Below, in pieces: positions 48,812 to 63,202 of a stretch of 64,000 bases of DNA (position 1 is the first letter of the stretch; each line of letters begins with the position of its first letter). Position numbers and translations under genes: made by a program. The stretch is from Microbotryum violaceum (taxonomy: Eukaryota): the NCBI GenBank assembly GCA_001244265.2, contig CDLV01000006.1, positions 248,001 to 312,000 of the forward strand, in the 5' to 3' direction. Under the pieces are notes generated by a model. It made no database searches and was not told the DNA's origin. It saw only the letters and a program-made list of their open reading frames with translations.

Positions 48812-49199
48812 CCTTTCCTAGCGCCTTGAGAAGGGGACGACGAAGGGGAGGGGAGGGGAGGGGGCTCCGAGCAGAGGCAAGTACGGAGGAAGCGGAGGGA
48901 GCAGAAGGACGAGGCACTCGAGAGAGGCCTATGCTGGCGCGTTCCGTGCGCAGACGGCAAGAATGAGATTGAGAATTTGAATTCCAGCTAGTCTACGAAG
49001 AGACGACCCGTAAGACGACAGCAGACGACTCGCGCGAGCGAGGCCGAAAACGATTCGCGCGATCGGAGCCCGAATTGACCAAACCCACGGTTGCAGTGCA
49101 GTGTACGGTTTGCTATGTTATTCAAGGCGTTACCACTCGCAGCAGCTGTTGAAAACAGGACAAACGTGAGACACCTGGTGGGACCTACCTTCCTAGTTG

Positions 49200-50294
49200 C
49201 TCAACAGAACCGCAGGGCGTGGTCTCGACTTGTGTCCAGTGGATTAGTAGCAGGATTGTAATTTATCGCAATGCAGACTGTTCGGCAGTCGCCGAGCATT
49301 AGCGTGGAAGCTGGAAGAGCGTGGACGACCCGAAAGGGTGGCCCAGTGGACTCAGGAGTGCCAAGACTTAAAGCTCTCCGCTCTTTTCACTCCTTTCAAC
49401 AACACTGCCATACTTTGGAAGAGCGACTCCGTGGTCATTACTTTTGATCCCGAGTCGCCTCCAAACACTCTTCGTGCCTCTTTCTCTTTCCCGGACCGAG
49501 TCACCGACGCCAACTTTTGTGTGGGTGATTCAAAAGTCCGGGTTGTATCAATATACGCGCCTTCCTCCGACAAGCCAGACAAAAAACGCTACCTCTCACA
49601 CCTCAGCACCGCCCTCCGACAAGTTGTACGTGACGAACCTTCGCCGCCTGCGCTCCTAGTCGGGGGGGACTGGAATTGTGTTGAGTCCCAGCCCCTCGAT
49701 TCGGAGAACCAAAACGGAACGAATTATGGGGGTCAGGAGATGCGCGACCTTGCCACGGCCAACAATCTTTTCGACGCCTATCGGCTCCATCATCCCAAAG
49801 GACGAGCCACGACGAATCGCTCAGCGCCCGGCACGTGCCGCCGCCTTGACCGCATCTATGTCTCGCCTGATTGGGTCGACCTCTTCCATGATCACAAAAT
49901 TCGGGCTCCTGTCCTCAAATCGACGCACTCAATGGTTGTGGCACGGTTCCAAGTGCCGGGCGCAATCGACATCGGTCCGGGCAAATTCAAGCTGGGTTTG
50001 CACGTGATCGACGGCGACGCGACCTGCGAGTACCTCACCTCCATTGTCCGCACCCTTTACAACAAAGCCCTCCTCCAGACGCCCAACGATCAGCAGCTTG
50101 GACGTCCACCAAACACCGCCTGCTGCCCGAGCTGCAGGCTCTGGCCCGGACTTTCGCTCGGTTCCATCGTGGCGGGTCGGAGCAAGAGAGGGCTGACCAC
50201 TCGCGCTACGGCGCGGCCGTGCGGCCGCACAGCCCTGCACAGCCCTGCACAGCCCCGCCTCAATTTGCCTCTTCAATTACTCTCTAGGAATTGA
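49200..50294 (+). mobile_element. Non-LTR (LINE) retrotransposon relic: APE endonuclease only
   Basis: VVSIYAP, LVGGDWNCV, RRLDRIYVS, STHSMV and GPGKFKL; no RT domain follows. Confidence 0.8.
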
Positions 50295-50937
50295 TGCAGG
50301 ACTGATTGGCGCTGGACCCAAGTCGACTGTCCGAAGGGGTTTCACTAGATATTCATTTTCTATGATCAGTGCACACCGTTCAGAATACGCGTTTGTCTGC
50401 CCGAGGACCGATCCAGGATTTCAGGGACCACGACCGATCCCTCCTTCGGGCCTAATAGACACGGTGTGTACTCCCTCCGTCGAATATGAGAAAAGGTCTA
50501 CACAGGATCTGTCGTGCACATATCAGTTGATGGTATACGGAACTACACGAATTGAATGGACTGAGTACGACAAGCTGTATGTCATTTATGACATAATTCG
50601 AACTTACGACGGAGTCTTCGGAAGTGTTATTCGTGATGATGGTGAGTCTTACACGAACTAGTGGCCCCTTATTACTTATGACCATTTGAGGTGCACTGCG
50701 CCGGGGTGGGATGTGGGATGGGGTGGGGAGGGCATTGGTGCACCCGACCTGTACCAACCTATAACCGGGCCAAAAAACAAAAAAGCTGCCTTAACTCGCC
50801 CGCGCGGGGGAGCTCAATTGGCTGGGTTAACGGACGGGCCGATCTGGCCAAGCGCGCGGATAACTCACAAGGGAGGGGCGTCGAGCTTAGCTCGTCCCGT
50901 TCTCGAGCCTGGACGTCGACCGTACATATCACCCACG

Positions 50938-51676
50938 ATGGCCTCCTTACTGCGCAACGTCTTCTCCCTCACATCACGAACGCGCTTCACTTCCGCAAGA
51001 TCTTCTCCCTCCAGCAGCACCATACCAACAGTCTGGCGATCCCCTTCCACAAGCTCGATCTCCTCCTCCACCCCGTCCGCTGCGTCCTCCTCGCTCCTCT
51101 CCCGACCGTTCTCCTCAACTCCCCTCTCCCGAGGTCTGGTCCGTAAACCGACCAAGATTAAACTCAAGACGCATAAAGGTGCGGCCAAGAGGTGGTTCGC
51201 GATCGCGAATGGCAATTTCAAGAGGGTCGGTTTCTTGCTCTCTGCAGCGATCGGGTTGGGTCATCTTGTTCTCATGACACTGATCTCTTTTTATGTCCAT
51301 TTTGTGGAACAGAGTCAAGCGGGGAAGGTTCATTTGAATGCAAGTAGTCGAAGGGGGTTGTGTGAAGCATGAGCTCGGAGTGGGGCACCCTCCTCTTCTG
51401 AGCTGCTGCGAGGTCACTGGCCTTACATTCTCGGCAGTCCGCGTGCTCACGCCATGTCCGATCGTTCTCCATCTTGTAGGGCGTGCTCTCACCGACCCGG
51501 CTGAATCGGTTAGGCAAGCCGGCGTTCGGTACGTTCAATGCCCTCCTGGTCATTTTCGGTCCCTTCGATTCGACGAGAAAGTGAAGCAGACCCTGACATT
51601 ACCTACCTTTCGACCTCACCTCACAGCCCGACCGATCGAGAAGAAAAAGCTGAGAAGACTGATGCCGTATGCTTGA
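50938..51676 (+). CDS. Mitochondrial ribosomal protein bL35 family, 4 exons
   Basis: Ser/Arg-rich presequence; KLKTHKGAAKRW..NFKR|SQAGKVHLN|GVLSPTRLNRLGKPAF|ARPIEKKKLRRLMPYA; introns 51226-51312, 51340-51479 (GC-AG) and 51529-51626. Confidence 0.9.
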
Positions 51677-53723
51677 AGGACGGCGGAGTTGGTGGGAATA
51701 TGCCGCTAGAGAAGTAGGGCAAAGGCAGGATGACATCGAAGATGCAATATGAGCTATTCTGATTTGTCGAGCTCGAGAAATCCGGTGGAATCATGCATCT
51801 GGTCGGCTCGGTGCAAATCAGTTAAGGGGGGTCCGATCGGATTCCATGTAGATGCTCGGGTACTCGATCGCCACCGGCGGTTTAGTCGTGTGCAAGACGC
51901 CGCCGGAAGCGAGGATCAAAGCGAGGGTCAGGCGTCAGGCGGTAGGAGTGAGGCTAGTGAGGGAGACGGACGACGGAGGAAAGACAGTTTCTTCAGCTGG
52001 GACTGGGAAAGTAGTGAAGAGGATGACGTTGCCTCTGTGTGCTTGAAATCCTCTCAGTGACACCGTCACTGGTCCGAGCAGGAAGATCAAGTAGGCGTAC
52101 TTACACTCGGGAGATGAATCAGCGGCTCAGCGGCCGAGCTGCCGAGGGCCACATGATGTAATTACTACTAATTCGAGTCCTTTCGAGTACAGCATGCTTG
52201 TGCAACGGCATACATGACTGTGCGGCTGGGTTTTGAGGGGCTTCCCAGTTTGGATTGCCCGGGTTGACACTGTAATGCACTGTCATGCACGCTCGGCGAG
52301 TGGTTCACAGCCAAGGCGCCGAGACCGCCACACGAGGTGCATTCGGGTGCATCGTTGTGCACCGATATACCCGCGGGTACATTGGTATTCATTTGTATTG
52401 ATCAAGTTTATATGCAAGTGTGGACTGGACCCGACTTCATCGCAGACTATTCGGAGGCTGTTTGGTCGCCCGGAGTACGCAGTGCCCTTCGATCACTTTG
52501 CTGCTTCATTGCACGGTTCGGCCATGTCTCCCACTGGTATTCTCATTTCGTCGCTAAATCATCCTACCACATACTGACCCGTTGATCACTCTCGTGGATT
52601 GGGGTCCTCGCCCCGCTCCGACTCCGCCTCCACTCGACGTGCACCGGATGATGGGGTTTCGCATGAAAGCAGATCGCGGAGGGCCGATTCGATCCGAGCG
52701 TGCACGAGGGTGTGTAGCTGTGCAATATCTTGCAGAGGCATTTGACTGAGAGATGTGGGCATGTACCGATGTGCAGATGTATGCATACGTATACACATAG
52801 TATATGCAAGCGCGACAGAGCCTGGCCGTAATCGGCTGCCAGCGACGGCGACTAGGTTCCGCGCTCTGGCCCGGTTCGCACGGAGTGGGGGTGGGGGCCG
52901 CACGAGTGAAGCGTCGGCGTGCTTGCTCGAAGCAAGGGGGGTGATCATGGGTTCAGACGTTCATATTAGATCAGATGTGGCAGCTTGGTGAATGTTTTGG
53001 TCTCTTAGGTCAATGTCTCGAGTACCACGCCCAGTCCAGCCACGGGCGGTATGACTTTGGGAGACAGACTCTCTCCATTGACGGAAGGGCCTGCGCTGCT
53101 CGTCCCGAAGGCTCGATCGGCAAGGCGAAGAAGACCTGGACCTCAGCAGCTGCAAGGCTCCTGGCCCGTGCTTGCACCAGGTAAGGCCCAGCCTGTCATT
53201 GGACTAGACCAACCAGCTTCATTTTGTTTGCATACTTTGGTTGCCCGTCTAAGACTTTGTTTGAGAAAGTGAACATTCTTACTAGTTACTGCAAAGAAAG
53301 TCCCGACTCTTCTGAAAAAGCCCCACGGTGCCAGCCGCGTGCAGTTCGAAAAACGGTCAAAGTCATTGCATTCGTCCGCATCGACCATACGCCAAACCCT
53401 CCAAAGGGATAAGTTGGAAAGAAAACAAAGGGCCTCAGAAATAGAGAGTTTACGCCAGAAAATAGAGGCAGGTATGCTGGAACTGGTAGACAGAAGAAGC
53501 TTCTTCCTCTTATTTCACTTATACCAGTACTAGCCCTGGAGATGAACCTATAGAGAGAGAATGAAACAAGCCACGCCATTGTTGTGGCGGACCCATTTGG
53601 AGGCGCGTGCTGCCGAGCCCATCCACGGCGCATCGCATTGCATACGAAGCGCAATCCCGCCACCTGAACGCGTGCCATCACACCCAAGTGACCGCAAGGA
53701 CTCAATAGAGACGGTGCAGGAAC

Positions 53724-56700
53724 ATGGCCGTCGACACAGAGCGGCCAGAGCCACCGCAGGCGTCGTCGTCGCGGTCATCGTCGCAGCCGTCGTCGCGATC
53801 GTCATCGTCTACGGTCGTCGTGCACAACCCCACCTCCACCTCCGCCTCTACCTCTAGCCTTGATTCCAGCTCCATTCCTGCTCCAAGCTCCAGTGCGGAC
53901 CCCGTACAATCGAGGCCCTCGCCAGCTGCGATCTCGACGACCGAGACGACGGCACGGACGGCGACGCGGACAACGGACCACTCGGCTAGGGGCCCCCGAT
54001 CTCCAGTGTCGCCCCCGCTCGGCCTCGCCAGTCCACCCGTGTCGGCTCCCCATTCGCGTCAATCCTCGTCCGGCGCATCGTCTGTCATTTACCACTCATC
54101 CAACCCATCCGGAGCGTCAACTCCCTCCGTCGCAGCTACCATCACGGATCATTCGGTGGCCTCGAGTTCGAAGCAAATCAGTACAAGCACAAGCACAAGC
54201 ACAAGCACGATTCACCCCTCGCCCCTCTCCGCTTCAGCCTGTGCACTGACCTTCGCACCCGTCGGTTTGCAACCTGACCCGTCCTCCACGAACTTCCCGA
54301 CGTCATCGACCGCCACCCCTCGTCTTGCTTCGACGAGTCAATCGACCGGTAGAGCTGCACTTGGGTCCATTAAGACTCGCGAGACGCTCATGGCCACAGA
54401 GGACGATCTCGAGTCATTGACCGTCACTACACCCGGGGCTCGTGCTCGCCACCCTTTCGACCGACGGCGCGACGATGACGACGAGACCGAGGAAGGAGAA
54501 GAAGGCGACAACGATCAAGGACGTTCCTCCGAACGAGGCAACGAGGGCTGCTACTTTCCCTCCACCTCTAGAGCGAGGTCTTCCACTTCAGGCAGAATTG
54601 CACACGTGCCGCCCAGCCCGTCATTCTCAGGATCAGGTTCCTACGCGTCTGTCGTTTCTGGAAGTGCTCGAGCGAGGGCTGGACCACCCCTGACTCCGAC
54701 CCCGGGCGGCGGCTCCAAGACGAGAGCAACCTCGGCAGTGGGTCTCCCTCCCATCTTGACTTCAGCGTCCCGTCGTACGACGGCTCGATCCGTCTCACGA
54801 GCCCGACTTCGCGCTGGTGATCGAGATGATGACCATGATGATGATGATGATGACGACGATGACGATCGACCAGGCCTGTTGCCGACCTCTTCGACACGAG
54901 CCGAGAGGCCCTTGAGTCCGGCCCCGATGTCCAGGGAGGCCATTTTGGTCGGTGATCGTGAAGACGACGAAGTCAGCGTGCGGGATCGAGGAGAGGAGTT
55001 GGTTCGCAAACGGATGAAGGAGCGAGCTCGTGTCAAAAAGGTTCGTGATCTCGCCGGGACTCCTGAACCGGGCTACGCTATCTGGACTTGAACAAAGCTG
55101 ACATCTCTGGGGGTACCCCTTGTTGGCTACCACAGGAGGCCGAGAAAGCGGCCACTCGCAAACGAGAGATCGAAAGGGCCGCGGCAATGAGGAGGACGAC
55201 ATCTTCGAGCTACTACGACCAAAGCGATCTTGAAGCTGGGCAGACGATCGGGATGGGCCTACCTTCTACCGCGACGGCTCACGCTGGTCCGAGTGGTGAT
55301 GATTCGGCTCGAAATCGTTCGGTCTCGCGACCGCCAGCTCGCGAGTTCACAGCAAGCTATGCTTCCACCTCAGCAGCCCAGGGCGGACGGACTGTGACTG
55401 GGGGCCATGGGGTAGGTCGAAGCTCCTCCAGGGCCCCTGCAAGCGGAGAAGAGGAGTGGGCCAAAGGGGCCGGTCGCGGCAACATTGCGCCCTCGGAAGA
55501 AGGCGAGACATGGTCGCCCATGTTTCCCGGGCGACAACTGTCATTACTTCGAGGGATGTCCTACACGTCTTCCGCGCGTGGAGGACCTGTCGGTGAGGAA
55601 CCATCAAGCGAGCACACGGAAGAAGAAGTGGTAGAGGCCAGCACTGAAGACGGTGACGTGGACGGCGAGCATGCACTGTGCGATGCCTTTGAGGCCGATG
55701 AGCAAACCGACGATGACGACGACATCAACGATGCCGAGGTCGAGTACACGCTGAAAGATCGACAGGATGTGAGTTTCGATGATGTGGCCTACCATTTCGT
55801 TCTGGCTCTGATTGGCGATCTTCTTCTATTCACCGCAGGCCATCAACGTCGAGCATCCGTTCGGCCTGCCCATCTGGAAACCGGCTCTGTACAAGAAAGA
55901 TCGCTCCATCACTCGCAACGCAGAAAAGGCTCTGCACGATGTACCCTCTTCGACCGTGGTCCGCCATCTGGCTCCGGGCAATTTAGTCTGGACACTCTTC
56001 TTTGGAACGGCTCTGTTCATCGTCTGCACATTGGTTGCGGGCATGCTGTGGTGCGTCCCTTGGGGGGGTGGCAAGTACGGTCGCGTCGTCTGGGAGCTTG
56101 GTGGCTATCTCTTTTGGCCGTTCGGCAAGTACGTCGAAGGATGGACCGATCAGTTCGACGACGAAACTAGCAATGGCAGTGAAGGCAGCGCTTCAGCCTC
56201 TGCTCACGATCATGACGACACCGGTGATGTGCTTGACGACGAGGAGGAAATGGATCGTGCATCTTTACGACGGGATCTCGAAAGCGCAGGAAGCACTTAC
56301 GGTCGAAGCCGAAGTCAGACTAGGTCGGCATCGTCACGTCCTGGTGGATCTTCTCAGCGTCGCGCGTCATCTTTCGGCAGTTCCCACTGCGGTGACGCGT
56401 CCGAGACGCATTTGACCGTTCGCGGTGTGCCCAGCAGTGCCTCTCTTCGAGTGCCTGGCGATTCTACTGAGAACTATCGCCTACTGGCCCCTGGTGGTCA
56501 GCAATCTGGCTACGGCGCTACAGCTGCGACCCCGGCCGGCTCCCCGCGCGGTCGAGGTGTGCAACGTACCTCGAGCGAAGACACGGTTGCCGCACCTTCT
56601 TGGCGACCTCACGACTTCAGCAAAGATTCGTCCGAGTCCGCTCACCGCGCCCTGCGCATTCGTGCATTGGGCCGCACCATGTGGTGGGTCGCGTTCTACC

Positions 56701-59296
56701 TCATCATCGCGCCTCTCCTTCTGCTCGTCTGCGTACTGTGCTGGGGATTGGTATTCACGATCCCGATGGCCAAGTTGTTGTGGGTTCTACTGCGCCATCT
56801 GAACAACGAGCCTTTGGCGCTCCATTTCCGCTCTCCGCCCAAGTACAACGCTTTCGCCGCAGCCGCACCGACTGAGATCGAGTCGCGTTTCAGCAACAAC
56901 GCGGCGGCCACGGGCTTGGATCCTCACTCTGATCAGTCTCAGCCAGGTCCACCGACGTTAGCCAACAACTCTGGCGTGCAATACCCCTTGATTGCCGGAC
57001 AGCGAGCGCCCCCCGTCTCACGCAAGTCGGTCGCCGCGGCAAAACGCCACGGTCGACTCTTCGGACCCCACTCTACCGTCCTGCTCTGCACATACCACGC
57101 AATGGGCCTCCAATACTACAAGTACACAATTGATGGAGTCAATATCCTCTTCGTCAACCTCATGTCACTCGTCTTCTTTGTCATCCTGGACTACTTCTAC
57201 GTCAGCCCGCGCGTGGCAGAACATCACCTCGGCGGCGTTTTGGCCTTTATCGCCTCACCGGCTTGTATGTTCGTACTGGCATTGTTGAGTGTCATCCCGT
57301 TATCGTACTTTATCGGCATGGCTGTCGCGTCGATCTCGGCGCAAAGTTCGATTGGGATGGGTGCTGTCATCAACGCTTCGTTCGGATCCATCATCGAGAT
57401 CATCCTTTACTCGATCGCGTTGACGCGCGCCAAGGGCGAGCTTGTCGAGGGCTCGATCGTCGGCAGTATTCTCGCGGGTGTCTTGTTGATGCCCGGTGCA
57501 TCGATGATCGGTGGGGCGATGCGTCGCAAAGAGCAGAAGTTCAACGCCCGCAGTGCCGGTGTGACGAGCACAATGCTCATTATGGCCATCATCGGAATCC
57601 TCACCCCGACGCTGTTCTACGAGATCTACGGCAGCTTCCAGCTGACGTGTAGCGATTGCGATCCTGATCATCGCTCCGGTACATCCGAGTCGTGTCGAAC
57701 TTGCTATTACGAGCATATCAATCCTGCCGATGACCCATTTTACAAGTCGACGGTTAAGATCCTGTCCTACTATTGCGCCGTTCTCCTCGTCCTCGTAAGT
57801 TACGCGTGCGTAGAATCTATATTGGCTGCCACAGCCCACTGAATTCTAATCACTTGCTTGGCACACAGTCATACCTCATCGGCCTTTGGTTCTCTCTGCG
57901 AACCCATGCCTCGCAGATCTGGCAAAATGCTCAAATCAAACACGAACCTCACTTGCCCCGGCCGGCGTCCGCAGCGCCTGGACCCCACGCCCCCAATGGT
58001 GATCGCGCCTCCCTTCACAAGCGCATCGTCCCGTCTCAACTTTTGCCGCGACATCGCTCGAGTACGATAGGGCGTGCGAGTGGTTCGTATACCCCTTTGC
58101 AAGACTCGACACCCTTGGTCACCAGCACCAACCCCGAGGGTGGAGTTCCTCCCATGGAGCTACCAGAAGGCATGTCTACCGACGAATTTCATCACGCATT
58201 CGAGTCCGTCACCGCAACAGGTGTTGCTATCGCTGCGTCATCGCGTGCAGCGCATCTACCCCTGGCTTCAGCATCGGCCGGTCCAGGTGACGCGCAAACG
58301 CAACGTTCGGCTTCGCATGTACGAGATGCGTCGGCCGCGAACACGAACAAAGGCGCAGCGGACCATGATGCGGGAGCCGGTGAAGGAGGTCACGATGCGC
58401 CCAATTGGAGTCGTCTTAAGTCCGCAAGTGTCTTGTTGGGGTGCACTATCCTTTACGCCATGATCGCAGGTGAGCACATCTCCCATTGGACGGGTGACGC
58501 GCAGGTCGTGTGAGTTTACTGATTTCTGTTGCATCCTTGCGTCGGGTAGAAATCCTTGTCGGCGTGGTTGACGTCGTGCTTGAGGGATCAGGGATCCCTG
58601 AGAAGTTCTTGGGTGTAACTCTGTTTGCACTTGTGCCCAACACGACCGAGTTCATGAACGCCATCTCGTTCGCCATCAACGGCAACATCGCGCTCTCGTA
58701 CGTTCCAAAACCCCGACTCTTGCCGAGAAGGCCGATAATGCATACTGAGCGTCTCGTCTGTCTTTGACCGCACAGGATGGAGATCGGTTCTGCCTATGCC
58801 TTACAAGTATGCCTCATCCAAGCGCCGGCCATGCTCGCCTTTTCGGCCTTCTACAGCATCGGCAAAGAGACGCTCCTGCACCGATCTTTCACGCTCGTGT
58901 TCCCCCGATGGGACGTGATCGCCATCATGTTCTCGGTGTTTCTCTTGACCTACACCTACATCGAGGCCAGAGCCAAGTAAGTGGATGTCCTTCAAGCCAT
59001 TGTTGAAAGCCGCTCTGCTGATAGATCGAATGCTCCGCACAACAGCTATTACCGCGGTTCCATCTTGTGCCTGTCGTACCTGGTCTTGATCGGCGGATTT
59101 GCCTTCGCCCCCGCAGGTCGAGACAGTAAGTTGCAGCCGGGCGGAATAAGACTGGACAGTCGTGCTGATCAGCCTTTGGCCTACTTGCGCAGCCTCAGAT
59201 AATCCTGGACTGTGGATGACCTCGGCTAACTTTGTTCAAGAGCTCTCTTTGCACGATCACGCCCTCGCCATCTTCCGCGTCCTCTTCACCCGTTGA
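53724..59296 (+). CDS. VNX1: VNX1-type (CAX family) vacuolar cation/H+ exchanger, multi-exon
   Basis: YTLKDRQD|AINVEHPFGLPIWKPALYKK, YYKYTIDGVNI, GAVINASFGSIIE, ALVPNTTEFMNAISFA, MEIGSAYALQVCL. Confidence 0.92.
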
Positions 59297-59607
59297 GCCG
59301 ACACTGTTCCGCAATCTCGTCGTCCGGGTTCCCGTTTCTCCCCTCCCGCCCAGCAACATGTCAATATGTACTTTTCCTAATCTTTGGTAGCATCTTCGTA
59401 AGGCCAGTGTTTAATTCACTATCATTCGAGTCCACAACTGAGCGTTCCTCGAAAACGACGCGTACGCAACGTGGCCTCCGTTTTCAGTTGGAGGCAATTG
59501 GACAACATTTGAGGTGAGACTAATTTCTCCTGAGACGCTAAGCTTATATTACAATAGGTCCAAATGTCACCGGTAACAGTTGTCAAACTTCGATCGAGAC
59601 ACAGGAG

Positions 59608-62000
59608 TTACAACACGCCTCTCCTCCATTCCTCCGCGGCCTTGCTCCCACTCCCACTCGTGGAGCCCAACGTGCCCAAGCCCAGCAAGAACCGATTCGG
59701 TTCATCCAACATCAACCCCGCCCCACTTTTCCCCGGTGTCATTCGAAAGAAGGTTCTCTTGGGCCGCCTGGTTTCGTGCGCGCAGTTGTCGGCCTCTTCA
59801 TCCAGCATCCCATTCTCCTCGTCCCCTCCTTTGTGCGCCGCCCGTTTCCTCCGACTGGCCGACACCTCCCCCCGTGCCGTCGATCCGAGCGAGGTGATAT
59901 AACTCTTGGACAACTTGCGATACCTCTCCTGTAAACTATCCCCCTCCTCGTCCGACGAGACATAGCCCTCATCCTGATGACGTTGGGTCTCTCGGATGCG
60001 GTTCGAGATGCGCACATCGAGGTCCGAGTCGGAGTCTCCTGGGTCCGAGTCAAAGTCGAAGGGAACGGCGTGCATCTGAGCCGAGGGTGCAAAGGGCATG
60101 TTGCGCAAGTTCTCCAAGATCGCATTTCTGAACAACAGGGGACGAACGGATCAGTTTGTGGTTTGCTGAGACGGCGAGGAGAGTGGGCTGGCTCACTTGG
60201 TGGTTTCGAGGTACTCGGGTGTGTTCGAATTCTCCATATTGCTTGCCGGTACATTCATCTTGAACTCGGGCCCAAAGTATTCGAAGTAGTCATTGTAGGG
60301 CAAGCTTTCACTCAGAACCTGACCGCAAGCGACACCGGTTTCGTACGCCCAGGTCCGAGCGACGTTGCGTATTGTGTATCCTCCTCCACCGAGGATCATG
60401 AGGGGTACGTTGAACGTGCGCATGAATTCGACGCAGTCGGCATGACCTGTACACGTGAAGAGCAGCATGAGGGTCAATTGCCTCGCCCACCTAAGCCTGT
60501 ACGTGCTCGACACATACCTTGCATTGACAGATTGAAGGGTCCAAGCTTGTCTTCGGCCAGGGAGTCGGCACCGCACTGGAGCACAACTGCCCCGGGTCGA
60601 TACCAATCCATAATCGCTTGCATCACCTGAAATGCAATAGATCATGACGTAAATCGTCAGCTTTGCACGGTGCGACGTGATTGCTCACGCTCCGACACGC
60701 CTAATTTGGAGGGGCTTGTCAGTCATGCGCGCTGGAAAATGAGACACACCGGTCTGAACACAGCCTTATAGCTCTGATCATCGATGCCGTCTTTGAGCGG
60801 GAAGTTGACCGAATAGCCTTTGCCGGGACCTTTGCCTCGATCATTCAGTGCTCCAGTACCGGGAAAGAAGTCGCCGAACTTGTGAAAAGATGCCGTCATG
60901 ACCCGATCGGTGGTGAAAAACGCTTCTTCTACACCGTCGCCGTGGTGTACATCGATGTCAATGTAAAGTACTCGAGCATGGTATCTACCCAGGGAGGGCA
61001 CGTCAGCCTTTTGCGCAGGCAAGGAAAGGCTAGATCGTGGCCGTCGTACCTCAGCAGTTCGAGGATAGCCAGGACGATGTCGTTGATGTAGCAGAACCCT
61101 GAGGCTTCGCGCTTCTTCGCGTGGTGCAACCCTCCGGCCCAATTGAGAGCAATATCGGCTTTGGCGTCGGTCAGGCGTCGGGCCGCGCCTGTGGGGTGGA
61201 CCCAGAGAAACAGCGCATCAGCCGAGTTCGCTGGCGCGCCGTGAGCAAAGTTGACGCAGTGCGCCGCACTTAGAGATCCTCCAGCTGATATGGAACAAAA
61301 CTCGAACAGGCCTTCGAATGCGGGGCAGTCTTCTCCGATCAGGACTGGAAGAGATGGACGAATGTTGGATCAGCATGGTTTGCGAAGACCGGAGGAGCGA
61401 AAGAGCCCGTCTGGGGTGGACTAGTTGCCTCACAGCGGGTTCCCCTGCACGTCATCTCTTCAACGAGGTCGGGAGTGACCCTGGAGAGCATATCGATGAA
61501 CTCGTCGGTGTGGAATCGTGTCATCTCGTGTGCCGTTGCGCGGGTAGGTCGCTGTGACCGACCGTACTGTGAGGTGAGCGACTGGCACCGGCGAGCACTG
61601 CGGCTTACTTACGATCATGTCCATGTGCTTGTCGAGTCCATAGTTGACGACGAGGTTGTGGGCCATCGTTACTCGGTGTGGTTTCATAGGGTGCACTGTT
61701 GTGCGGTGACGGTACGAGTCGAAACCAGTCGAAACGAGTCGAAACGAGTCGAGCATTGGATCTCAAAGTCAGTCAGCGCTAGCAATGGACCGACCCTCAC
61801 AGAGCGTGGACTGACCCATACTATAGGCGTATGCTCCCACATCCTCTGCAGTGACATGTCAATCCACTGGGTCAGCTCGAGCGCATGAGCACGAGGAACA
61901 AGCCGAGCGCGGGCGATTGACCGTCATGGAAGTAGGCCACCCTGCGCTTGGACACGGGCGCCGAGGTCATGTTGCCGTTGCTGTTGCGCTCGGTCAGCAT
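59608..62000 (-). CDS. Class I histone deacetylase, Rpd3/Clr6-like, multi-exon
   Basis: [74 protein letters not shown]. Confidence 0.93.
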
Positions 62001-63202
62001 GTTCGCAAAGCGAGGCAATCGCCTTGTGTAGCCGGTGCACCGTGCTGAGCGCGCTGGTCGGTCGTACGGGCGGGTGTTGGGCGGGTGTTCGGCGTGAGCA
62101 GGTCAGAGCAGCGCGGTCGAAACCGGTCACTTACAAGGCCAGGGCAGCCCACCACCGCACGCGCCTGCCGCTAGCTGCCGCTCGGACCTCCTCGACATCC
62201 CGGCCAGGGGTTGGTGCTCACATGATTGGAATCACACTTTTGGTGGTTTCAGGAGTGTGGGGGCTGCATGGATCTAGTGGCTATGACTTTAGATAAGTCC
62301 AACCCCCCTTTTCAAGAAACATTGGTTTTGCGTAGATAACTGAATATGTGAAATCTAATGGCGTTACATCGCTTTGAGACATTGCGTGCGTGTGCCCGCC
62401 TGCCCGCCGCCGCGCCAGCGAGTGCCCCTTTTTCCAAGCGTTTCCTCATTCTGTGAATATCCACCAGACGAACGGTGTCATCCCTGGTACATTAAGTATG
62501 TGAGACCAGAGGATTCAAATCAGTCCCTTTTTTGCATCGGCTCATTGTGTTCGTTTCCGTGGATCATCGGCGGCCAGTGACTCGATCTAGTGATAACCTG
62601 CCGTCGCATACTACAGGCTCCCTCCCAACAGCCACGGGGCCACTGGGCCACTGGGCCACTGGGCCTCAACTTGCAGTCCGCGCTTTGGTGTAGACTGAAA
62701 ATCCATACCTACTCCCGGGAACACCTTCCACCTTCATCGGCAAACGCTGACTCGGTCACTTGCAAGGCGCAATCGATGATTGATCAAAGAGCCGCCGCCA
62801 GGCGCCCGCATCATCCCCGCGAGTACGAGTCTCGCGTACGCCCCGGTCCAGAAGCCCTATCGAAGCGGGCGGGCGTCCGGGCGTCGTTAAAAGCGCGGGC
62901 GGCGTGGGCAGGAGCGACGCGGCGGCGGGCGCGCCCGCGTGCCAGCGTGGCTTGAAATTGCCCTGGCTGGGCAAGGGGGCGATTGCGCGAAGAAGAATAT
63001 CAGAGGAAGGCCTTCCGCGAGCCCAATTCGTAGCGGCGACAACTGTTGAAACGCTGCTTGCTGCCTTTGCGCCTCCTCCTGCCACTTCGTCCGTTCCACC
63101 CAGCGGCTCCCTGGCGATCGGATTGAATTCGGCCGCTGCAAGCTCGACGGGCCCTTGTCGTTGCTGCTCCCCTGCCCCCCTCCTATACCCCTTCCCCTTC
63201 GA

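Noticed and set aside
54183-54208. (ACAAGC)n and (GAT)n repeats in VNX1
   Set aside because: They encode Ser/Thr and Asp runs of a low-complexity N-terminus.
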